Part shown: piece after piece, positions 1-6,936 of the stretch
How the letters are laid out: every line of letters starts with the position of its first letter
Numbering within the stretch: the first letter of the stretch is position 1
NCBI GenBank assembly: GCA_031431875.1
Contig: JANPEF010000044.1
Location: 1-12,018 of the forward strand
From: Candidatus Eiseniibacteriota bacterium
GTDB lineage: Bacteria; Eisenbacteria; RBG-16-71-46; DASYSL01
Reading direction: 5' to 3'
Length of the DNA stretch: 12,018 nt
Program-made: the position numbers and the translations under genes
The notes under the pieces: model-generated
The model's database searches: none
What the model was told of the DNA's origin: nothing
What the model saw: the letters and a program-made list of their open reading frames with translations, nothing else

Positions 1-2382
1 CTACCGCACGTCGGTCCCCTCGGGCAGCCCCGATTCGATCTTCACCTCGCGGAACAGCTTGAAGCGCGCGCGATCGATCATCGGCGCCTCGAGCGGCCAG
101 ACCAGCGTGACGTCCCACTTCCGCGGCGCGAACGGCGGAAGGTCGGCGAGGGAATAGAGGGACGAAACGAGCCGCACTTCGGTCGAAGCCAGATCGGCCA
201 TGAGGGGGCGGGTCATCAGGTCGACGGCGACCTCCGGCCGGCCCAGCCGCACGGCGGTGGCGGCGAGTGAAATGAATCCGCCAACTCCCAGCCCGGGGGC
301 GCCCCCCAACTCGTCGAGCAGTCGCCCGGCCTCGACCGTGCGACCGGCCATCACCGCGAGCAGCGCCTCGTAGCCGCGGACGCTGATTCCGGGATTCCCC
401 TCCTGTCGCAGCCGTTCGAGTACCCGCCCGGCCATGTCCAGGTCGCCCCGCTGGACGTGGGAGCCGAGTTCGAGCGTGTCGGCCGCGACGCCGTAGAAGG
501 GATCCGTGGTCGCCGCGCGAATCCGCTCGGCGAGGCGAAGGGTCTCGTCGAACCGCCCGGTTCCCATCATGATCGTGGCGAGCCACGTCATGGCGAATGC
601 TTCCTGTGGATCGATCTCGAGAACACGGCGGGAGAAGCGCTCCGCGCCGGCCAGGTCCGCGATCGAGTACGCGTCGACACCCAGGTTGATGAGCGCCGGC
701 GTGTAGCGTGGGTCCGCCTCGACGGCCTTGCGCAGGGAGGCCCGCGCCATGTCGAGATCACCGCTGAAGCGCAATGCGAGCGCCTCGGCCTTGTAGCCGT
801 CGGGCAGTTGCGGCGCCAGCTCGATCGCCTTGCGCGCCGCTTCGAGCCCACGCCGCACCAACTCGTCGCGATCGAGCGTCCCGCCCCATTGCACCATCTG
901 CCCGTAGCAATCGGCCGCGCCGGCCCAGGCCCGCGCGTAGCCCGGATCGAGCGCGATCGCCTGCTGGAACAGCTCGAGCGCCTCGGCCAGCGACGCGGCC
1001 GTGTAGTGCCCGTAGCGCTCGCGTCCCTTGAGGTACAGGTCGTAGGCGCGGACGTCGTCGGGCTTGGCCTGCGCGATCTTCGCCGCCTCGCTCGGCGTGA
1101 GCGCGACTGCGAGCGCCTTCGCGATCGACGCGGCGATCTCCTCCTGCACGGCGAACACGTCCTCGAGCGTGCGGTCGTAGCGCTCGGCCCAGAGCTGAAA
1201 TCCGTCGGTCGCGTTCACCAGCTGCACCGTGATGCGCACGCGGTCGCCGGCGCGGCGCACGCTGCCCTCGAGCACGGCGGCGACGCCCAGTTCCTGCGCC
1301 ACCCGCGCCGGCTCGATTGTCTGCCCGCGGTAGCGGGCGACCGCGTTGCGCGAGGCGACGCGGAGGCCCTTGATCTTCGACAGGTCGGTGAGGATGTCCT
1401 CGGTGATGCCGGCGCAGAAATACTCGTTCTCGGGGTCCTTCGCCAGGTTCTCGAAGTAGAGGACGGCCAGCGACGGCGTCATCGCGAAGCTCGAGGCGCC
1501 CACGCCCGACGCCTGCGACAGTTCGCGACCGATCGCCGCGATCTCGCGGCCCAGGTCGCCGATGTCGCGCGGCCGGGACTCGGCGTCCTTGGTCAGGCAT
1601 CGGCGGACGAGTTCGCGCAAGCGCGGCGGGACGCCCGCCGGGAGCGCGTTCCACTCGGGCTCGCGCTCGAGGATGCGCCCGATCACGTCCGACGGCGTGC
1701 CCCCGGCGAACGCGGGCTGGCCGCTCAGGCACTCGAAGGCGATGCAGCCGAACGCCCACACGTCGGTGCGGCGATCCACCACTTGGCCGCGCGCCTGCTC
1801 CGGGCTCATGTAGCCGGTCGTGCCCAGGACGAGCCCGGCCGCCGTGCCCCCCGCCACCGTCGCCGAGGCGGCGAAGTCGGGTGTGGACGTCGCACCCTCG
1901 AACGCGCCGCCGCGGGCCAGGCCGAAGTCGAGCACCTTGATCGTGCGCGACGGCCCGATCATCACGTTGGCGGGCTTCAAGTCGCGGTGCACGATGCCCC
2001 GCTCGTGGGCGGCGGCCATCGCGGCGGCGATCGGTGCGAGCAGCTCGATCGTCTCGCGCACGGGGACGGCGCCGCGGGCGAGACGCTGCGAAAGCGATTC
2101 ACCCTCGACCAGCTCGAGCACGAGGAACGGGGTGCCGTCGAGCTCCTCGAGCCCGTACAGGGACGCGATGTTCGGGTGATTGAGCGAAGCGAGGAGCTTC
2201 GCCTCGCGCTCGAAGCGGCCCAGACGATCGACGTCGCGGGCGAACGCCGCCGGCAGGCCCTTGATCGCGACCTCGCGACCGAGCCGCACGTCGCGCGCGC
2301 GCCACACCTCGCCCATACCGCCGGCGCCGAGCGGGGCGAGAACTTCGTAGGGGCCGATGCGCGTTCCGGGGGCGAGGCTCAC
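1..2382 (-). CDS. Hanks-type Ser/Thr protein kinase with TolB-like/FlgO domain and TPR repeats (paralog 1, 793 aa)
   Basis: All kinase motifs are present: LGAGGMGEV, VAIK, HRDLKPAN, DFG, GTTGYMSPEQ, DVWAFG. These are followed by SLAVLYFENL...EYFCAGITEDILTDLSK...LEGSVRRAGDRVRI...LWAERYD (TolB-like) and TPR-like helices (AYDLYLKG, FQQAIALDPGYARAWAG, RVLEIDP). GTG start at 2380-2382 overlaps the upstream TGA (GTGA); TAG stop at 1-3. No TM segment is evident, so it is likely cytoplasmic. Confidence 0.93.
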   Translation of the reverse strand: MSLAPGTRIGPYEVLAPLGAGGMGEVWRARDVRLGREVAIKGLPAAFARDVDRLGRFEREAKLLASLNHPNIASLYGLEELDGTPFLVLELVEGESLSQRLARGAVPVRETIELLAPIAAAMAAAHERGIVHRDLKPANVMIGPSRTIKVLDFGLARGGAFEGATSTPDFAASATVAGGTAAGLVLGTTGYMSPEQARGQVVDRRTDVWAFGCIAFECLSGQPAFAGGTPSDVIGRILEREPEWNALPAGVPPRLRELVRRCLTKDAESRPRDIGDLGREIAAIGRELSQASGVGASSFAMTPSLAVLYFENLAKDPENEYFCAGITEDILTDLSKIKGLRVASRNAVARYRGQTIEPARVAQELGVAAVLEGSVRRAGDRVRITVQLVNATDGFQLWAERYDRTLEDVFAVQEEIAASIAKALAVALTPSEAAKIAQAKPDDVRAYDLYLKGRERYGHYTAASLAEALELFQQAIALDPGYARAWAGAADCYGQMVQWGGTLDRDELVRRGLEAARKAIELAPQLPDGYKAEALALRFSGDLDMARASLRKAVEADPRYTPALINLGVDAYSIADLAGAERFSRRVLEIDPQEAFAMTWLATIMMGTGRFDETLRLAERIRAATTDPFYGVAADTLELGSHVQRGDLDMAGRVLERLRQEGNPGISVRGYEALLAVMAGRTVEAGRLLDELGGAPGLGVGGFISLAATAVRLGRPEVAVDLMTRPLMADLASTEVRLVSSLYSLADLPPFAPRKWDVTLVWPLEAPMIDRARFKLFREVKIESGLPEGTDVR

Positions 2383-4739
2383 GACTCGGGCATCCCGGAC
2401 TCGATGCGCACTTCTCGGAAGAGGCGCAGGAGCGAACGGTGCATCATCGGCGATTCGACCGGCCAGACCAGCGTCGCCTCGCTGCGCCGGGGCGCAAATT
2501 CGGGCCGATCGAGCAGAGGGTGAAGTTCCGGTTCGATTCGCACGCGAGTGTGCGCATCCGGGTGGACGAGCGGCCGATGGACGAGCCCGGCGGCCCGATC
2601 GAGGTCGCCCAGGCGGACCGCGAGCTGGGCGAGGATCATGAACGAACGAAAGACAAGCGGGAGCTCTTCATCGAACTCGATCAGGGCACGCCGCGCCTCC
2701 TCGAGATTCCCCGCGCGGAGCGCGAGCATCGCATCGAATGACCTGAGCGAATTGTCGTCCGCGCCTCGCGCCCGCGCCGAGTGCAGCGCCTCGGCGGCCC
2801 GTCCGTCCTCCCCACGCTTGAGCAACGCGGTCGCTTCGATCAACGCCTCGGTCGTCACCTGGAACGAGCCGGTGGCGATCGTCGCCACGCGGCGAAGAAT
2901 GTCGAGCGCCTCCTGCGTCCGGCCGGTGTCGACGAGGAGGCCGGAGAGCCAGAGCATGGCGAACGCATCCTGCGGATCGGCCTCGAGGGTGCGCCGGAGA
3001 TACCGTTCGGCGCCCGCCAGGTCCGCCCGTCTGAAGGAGTCCACGCCCAGGTTGTTGAGCGCTGGCGTGAATCGTGGGTCGGCTTCGACCGCCTTGAGCA
3101 GAGAGGCGCGCGACGCGTCGTGCTCGCCGAGACAACTCAGGACCAGCGCCTCGGCCTTGTATCCGTCGGGCAGGCGGGGGTCGAGCTCGAACGCCCGCCG
3201 GGCCGCCGCGAGACCGCGTGCCGCAGCTTCGTCGCGACCGCCTTCCAGCCCGACCTGCATGAGCTGCCCGATGCAATCGCCCACGCCGGCCCACGCGCGC
3301 GCGTATTCCGCGTCGATCGCGATCGCCTGCTCGAAGAGTCCCAAGGCTTCGCGCAGGGATTCTGGCGTGTACTTGTCGTATGCTTCGCGGCCCTTGAGCA
3401 ACAGGTCGTAGGCGCGGACGTCGTCGGGTCGCCCGGCGGCGAACTGCACCGTGTCGCCCGGCGCGAGCGTCACCTTGAGGGCCGCGGCGATCGACGAGGC
3501 GATCTCCTCCTGCACCGCAAAAACGTCCTCGAGCGTTCGGTCGTAGCGCTCGGCCCACAGGTGGAAACCGTCGGCGCCGTTGACCAGCTGGGCGCTGATC
3601 CGCACTCGTTCGCCCGCGCGTCGCACGCTTCCCTCGAGCACGGCGACGACACCCAGCTCTTCGGCCACGCGCATCGGCTCGACCGAAGCGCCACGGTAGC
3701 GGGCCACGGCGTTGCGCGATGCCACGCGAAGCCCGCGCAGCTTCGACAGGTCGGTGAGGATGTCCTCGGTGATCCCGGCGCAGAAGTACTCGCTTTCCGT
3801 GTCCGCCCCCAGGTTCTCGAAGTAGAGCACGGCGAGCGAGGGCAGGGATGTCCCCGGCGATGAGCCGGTGGGACGACTCCCACCGGCCGAGATCTCCTGC
3901 CCGATCGCCGCCAGCTCGCGGCGGAGCTCGGTCATGTCGGCCGGGCGCTCGGCCGCATCCTTCGCGAGGCAGCGGCGCACCAGCGCGCGAAGGCGCTTCG
4001 GCGCGTGCATGGGCAAGGCGTTCCAGTCCGGATCGCGCTCGAGGATTCGGCCGATCACGTCCGACGCCGTCTCGCCGCTGAACGCCGACACGCCTGCGAG
4101 GCACTCGTAGAGGATGCAGCCGGTCGACCAGATGTCCGTGCGCGCGTCGACAACCTTTCCGCGCGTCTGCTCCGGGCTCATGTACAGCGTCGTGCCGAGG
4201 ACGAGGCCGGTGGCGGTCATGGTCGGGGCGATCGTGGCGGATCCGTCCTCCACCGGGTCCGCGGTCCCGCGCGCGAGACCGAAGTCGAGCACCTTGACCA
4301 TGCGAGCGGGTGTGAGCATGACGTTCCCGGGCTTGAGGTCGCGGTGCACGATCCCGCGCGCGTGCGCGGCCTCGATCGCCACCGCAATCTGGACGCCGAT
4401 CTCGATCGTCTCGCGGGCGGAGAGCACGCCGCGCGCGAGTCGTGTCGACAGGGCCTCGCCCTCGACCAGCTCGAGCACCAGACACGGCGTGCCGCCGGCG
4501 TCCTCGAGTCCAAAGATGCCCGCGATGTTTGGATGGCTGAGCGAGGCGAGGAGCCGGGCCTCGCGTTCGAATCGTGCGAGACTCTCCGCATTCCGGGCGA
4601 ACGCTTCCGGGAGCGCCTTGATCGCAACGTCGCGCTCGAGCCGCGGGTCGCGGGCTCGCCACACTTCTCCCATGCCGCCGGCGCCGAGCGGGGCGACGAT
4701 TTCGTAGGGGCCGATGCGCATTCCGAGGGTCAGGGACAT
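2379..4739 (-). CDS. Hanks-type Ser/Thr protein kinase with TolB-like/FlgO domain and TPR repeats (paralog 2, 786 aa)
   Basis: Motifs LGAGGMGEV, VAIK, HRDLKPGN, DFG, GTTLYMSPEQ, DIWSTG, then the same TolB-like/TPR region as paralog 1. Start placed at ATG 4737-4739 (MSLTLGMRIGPYEIV) because it aligns with MSLAPGTRIGPYEV of paralog 1. The 94 extra codons in the ORF track overlap the divergent peptidase gene. Confidence 0.93.
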   Translation of the reverse strand: MSLTLGMRIGPYEIVAPLGAGGMGEVWRARDPRLERDVAIKALPEAFARNAESLARFEREARLLASLSHPNIAGIFGLEDAGGTPCLVLELVEGEALSTRLARGVLSARETIEIGVQIAVAIEAAHARGIVHRDLKPGNVMLTPARMVKVLDFGLARGTADPVEDGSATIAPTMTATGLVLGTTLYMSPEQTRGKVVDARTDIWSTGCILYECLAGVSAFSGETASDVIGRILERDPDWNALPMHAPKRLRALVRRCLAKDAAERPADMTELRRELAAIGQEISAGGSRPTGSSPGTSLPSLAVLYFENLGADTESEYFCAGITEDILTDLSKLRGLRVASRNAVARYRGASVEPMRVAEELGVVAVLEGSVRRAGERVRISAQLVNGADGFHLWAERYDRTLEDVFAVQEEIASSIAAALKVTLAPGDTVQFAAGRPDDVRAYDLLLKGREAYDKYTPESLREALGLFEQAIAIDAEYARAWAGVGDCIGQLMQVGLEGGRDEAAARGLAAARRAFELDPRLPDGYKAEALVLSCLGEHDASRASLLKAVEADPRFTPALNNLGVDSFRRADLAGAERYLRRTLEADPQDAFAMLWLSGLLVDTGRTQEALDILRRVATIATGSFQVTTEALIEATALLKRGEDGRAAEALHSARARGADDNSLRSFDAMLALRAGNLEEARRALIEFDEELPLVFRSFMILAQLAVRLGDLDRAAGLVHRPLVHPDAHTRVRIEPELHPLLDRPEFAPRRSEATLVWPVESPMMHRSLLRLFREVRIESGMPES

Positions 4740-4747
4740 GAGGCGCC

Positions 4748-4777
4748 AGTCTAGTCGTTCGGGCCCGTGTTTGTCAG
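4748..4777 (-). promoter_or_regulatory. Putative sigma70-type promoter for the kinase pair (likely leaderless)
   Basis: On the minus strand: CTGACA (4777-4772; 5/6 match to TTGACA), an 18-nt spacer, TAGACT (4753-4748; TAnnnT), then 8 nt to the ATG at 4739. No Shine-Dalgarno sequence precedes that ATG. Confidence 0.5.
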
Positions 4778-4789
4778 CAGCGGGTGCGG

Positions 4790-4818
4790 TGGAAAGCGGG
4801 GGCGCTGCGGCGTATGCT
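4790..4818 (+). promoter_or_regulatory. Putative sigma70-type promoter for the M13 peptidase
   Basis: TGGAAA (4790-4795; 4/6 match to TTGACA), a 17-nt spacer, TATGCT (4813-4818; TAnnnT). GGAG RBS at 4854-4857 lies 9 nt before ATG 4867. Confidence 0.4.
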
Positions 4819-4866
4819 CCCGGAATCCGATCGTTTTTCCCCCTTCCTCCGACGGAGTCCCCGCCC

Positions 4867-6915
4867 ATGCTCACCCGGCCCGTGAACCGCTTCACGCTCG
4901 CGCTGTTCGTCTTCGCCCTCGCCGGGTGCATTGCGGGCGCGACTCCCGCCGCCGCCGGGGCGCCGCCTGCGCTCTCGCTTGCCAACCTGGACACGACGTG
5001 CGCGCCGTGCCGCGACTTCAATCGCTACGCCAACGGCGGCTGGCTTGCCGCCGCGACGATCCCGGCTGCGCTGCCGAGCTGGGGCAGCTTCGACGAGCTG
5101 GCCGAGCGCAACCAGGATGCCCTGCACACGATCGTCGTCCGTGCCGCAGCCGACACGAAAGCCACGCCCGAGTCGGACACGGGCCGCCTGGGAGCATACT
5201 GGTGCGCGTGCATGGACTCGGCGACGACGGACCGGCTGGGTGCGAGGCCGCTCGAGCCTCGCCTGGCCGCCATCGAAGCACTCGCATCGACCCGCGCGCT
5301 TGCCGGCCAGGTCGCCGTGCTGCACGCGGCACCCATCCCGGCCCTCTTCTCGTTCCAGTCGCGGCAGGACCCGAAGCACAGCGAGCAGGTGATCGCGTTC
5401 GCCGGCCAGGGTGGCTTGGGCCTGCCTGATCGCGACTACTACCTGCGCGACGATTCGGCATCGGTCGAGACCCGCGCCCGCTACCTGGCGCACATCGCCC
5501 GCACGTTCGAGTTGCTGGGCTCCGGGCCGGCCCCGGCGCGGGATGCGGCCGACCGCGTTCTTGCACTCGAGACCGCGCTCGCCCGCGCCTCGATGACGAA
5601 CGTCCAACGGCGCGACCCACGGGCCACCTACAACAAGATGGCCGTCGACTCGCTTGCCCGACTCGCGCCTCGCTTCGACTGGACCGCCTACCTCGCGGCC
5701 CGCGGCCTCGCCGCGCTCGACTCGATCAACGTCACGCAGCCGGGATTCCTGCGGGCGGTCGACAGCCTGGTCGCGGCCGTACCGGTCGCCGACTGGAAGG
5801 CATACCTGCGGTGGAAGGCGGCCGACACCGCCTCCGCCGACCTCAGCCGTCCCTTCGTCGACGAGAGTTTCAGCTTCGAGCAGGTCCTGACCGGTGCCGA
5901 GGCCATGCTTCCGCGCTGGAAGCGCTGCCTGCGCTCCCTTGATGCCGACCTCGGCGACCTTCTCGGCCGCGTCTACGTCGCTGAGCACTTCTCGCCCGAA
6001 GCGCGCGCCCGGGCGCTCCGCCTGGTCGACGACCTCGAGGCCGCGCTCGGCGAGCGCATTGCGGAGCTCGACTGGATGGGACCCGAGACTCGCCGGCGAG
6101 CGATCGAGAAGCTGCAGGCCTTCGAGGACAAGATCGGCTACCCGAACACCTGGCGCGACTACGCGGGGGTCTCGCTCACGCGGACGACGCACTTCGCCAA
6201 CCGCGCTGGTGCGCGTGCATGGGAGGCCCGGCGCAACCTGAAGAAGATCGGCCGGCCGGTGGACCGCGGCGAGTGGTCCATGACGGCGCCGACGGTGAAT
6301 GCCTTCTACAGCTCGTCGTTGAACAGCATCAACTTCCCGGCAGGGATCCTGCAGCCGCCGTTCTTCGATCCTTCCTGGGACGACGCGATGAACTACGGCG
6401 GCATCGGCACCGTGATCGGACACGAGATGTCGCACGGCTTCGACGATCGCGGACGCCAGTTCGACGCGCGGGGCAACCTGAGCGACTGGTGGACGGCGGA
6501 GGACGCGGCCCACTACAAGGAGCGCGCCCAGAAGGTCGTCGCACAGTTCGACGGCTACACCGTGCTCGACTCGCTGCACCTCAACGGGAAGCTCACGTTG
6601 GGCGAGAACATCGCGGACCTCGGTGGGATCGCGGTGGCGTACTTCGCGCTGCAGAAGGCGCAGGCGGGGCAGCCGGTGACCAGGATCGACGGGCTCACCC
6701 CGGGGCAGCGCTTTTTCCTCTCCTACGCACAGGTCTGGCGCGAGGCGGTGCGCCCGGCCTCGCTGCGCACGCAGGTCCAGACCGATCCGCATTCACCGGG
6801 GGTCTGGCGCGTCAACGGCCCGCTGTCGAACCTGCCCGAGTTCGCCCGCGAGTTCGGCTGCAAGGACGGCGACGCGATGGTGCGCCCCAAGGAGCAGCGC
6901 GCACGCATCTGGTGA
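4867..6915 (+). CDS. M13 family zinc metallopeptidase (neprilysin/endothelin-converting enzyme/PepO-like), exported, possibly a lipoprotein (682 aa)
   Basis: Motifs PCRDFNRYANGGW, GLGLPDRDYY, KIGYP, VNAFY (6295-6309), FPAGILQPPFF, NYGGIGTVIGHEMSHGFDD (HExxH at 6421-6435), GENIADLGG (6601-) and DPHSP..RVNGPLSNLPEF. N-terminal basic-plus-hydrophobic signal ending in LAGC (Cys21). GGAG RBS supports the start at 4867 rather than 4714. Confidence 0.95.
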   Translation: MLTRPVNRFTLALFVFALAGCIAGATPAAAGAPPALSLANLDTTCAPCRDFNRYANGGWLAAATIPAALPSWGSFDELAERNQDALHTIVVRAAADTKATPESDTGRLGAYWCACMDSATTDRLGARPLEPRLAAIEALASTRALAGQVAVLHAAPIPALFSFQSRQDPKHSEQVIAFAGQGGLGLPDRDYYLRDDSASVETRARYLAHIARTFELLGSGPAPARDAADRVLALETALARASMTNVQRRDPRATYNKMAVDSLARLAPRFDWTAYLAARGLAALDSINVTQPGFLRAVDSLVAAVPVADWKAYLRWKAADTASADLSRPFVDESFSFEQVLTGAEAMLPRWKRCLRSLDADLGDLLGRVYVAEHFSPEARARALRLVDDLEAALGERIAELDWMGPETRRRAIEKLQAFEDKIGYPNTWRDYAGVSLTRTTHFANRAGARAWEARRNLKKIGRPVDRGEWSMTAPTVNAFYSSSLNSINFPAGILQPPFFDPSWDDAMNYGGIGTVIGHEMSHGFDDRGRQFDARGNLSDWWTAEDAAHYKERAQKVVAQFDGYTVLDSLHLNGKLTLGENIADLGGIAVAYFALQKAQAGQPVTRIDGLTPGQRFFLSYAQVWREAVRPASLRTQVQTDPHSPGVWRVNGPLSNLPEFAREFGCKDGDAMVRPKEQRARIW

Positions 6916-6936
6916 GACGGCTTCGTCAGCGCCGCC

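Noticed and set aside
457..2523. 688-aa + strand ORF and the other long antisense or alternate-frame ORFs (2668-4662, 4774-6792, 6926-9295, 7906-10098, 10189-11652, 10289-11536)
   Set aside because: They fully overlap genes with clear family motifs, are Arg/Gly/Ala/Pro-rich with no recognisable motifs, and are expected shadow ORFs in high-GC DNA.
1375..3773. Direct repeats between about 1100-1480 and 3470-3840 as a mobile element, CRISPR or DGR template/variable repeat
   Set aside because: They are in-frame paralogous coding sequence. The differences are mostly synonymous and not adenine-specific, and there is no reverse transcriptase, transposase or spacer structure in the window.
4740..5021. 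94-aa N-terminal extension of kinase paralog 2 and 51-aa extension of the peptidase (from 4714)
   Set aside because: The two extensions would overlap each other head to head. Paralog alignment, the RBS and the signal peptide support starts at 4739 and 4867.
6916..6936. Possible bidirectional terminator between the convergent peptidase and phosphatase genes (GACG-GCTT-CGTC)
   Set aside because: Only a 4-bp stem with no U-tract on either strand, too weak to call.
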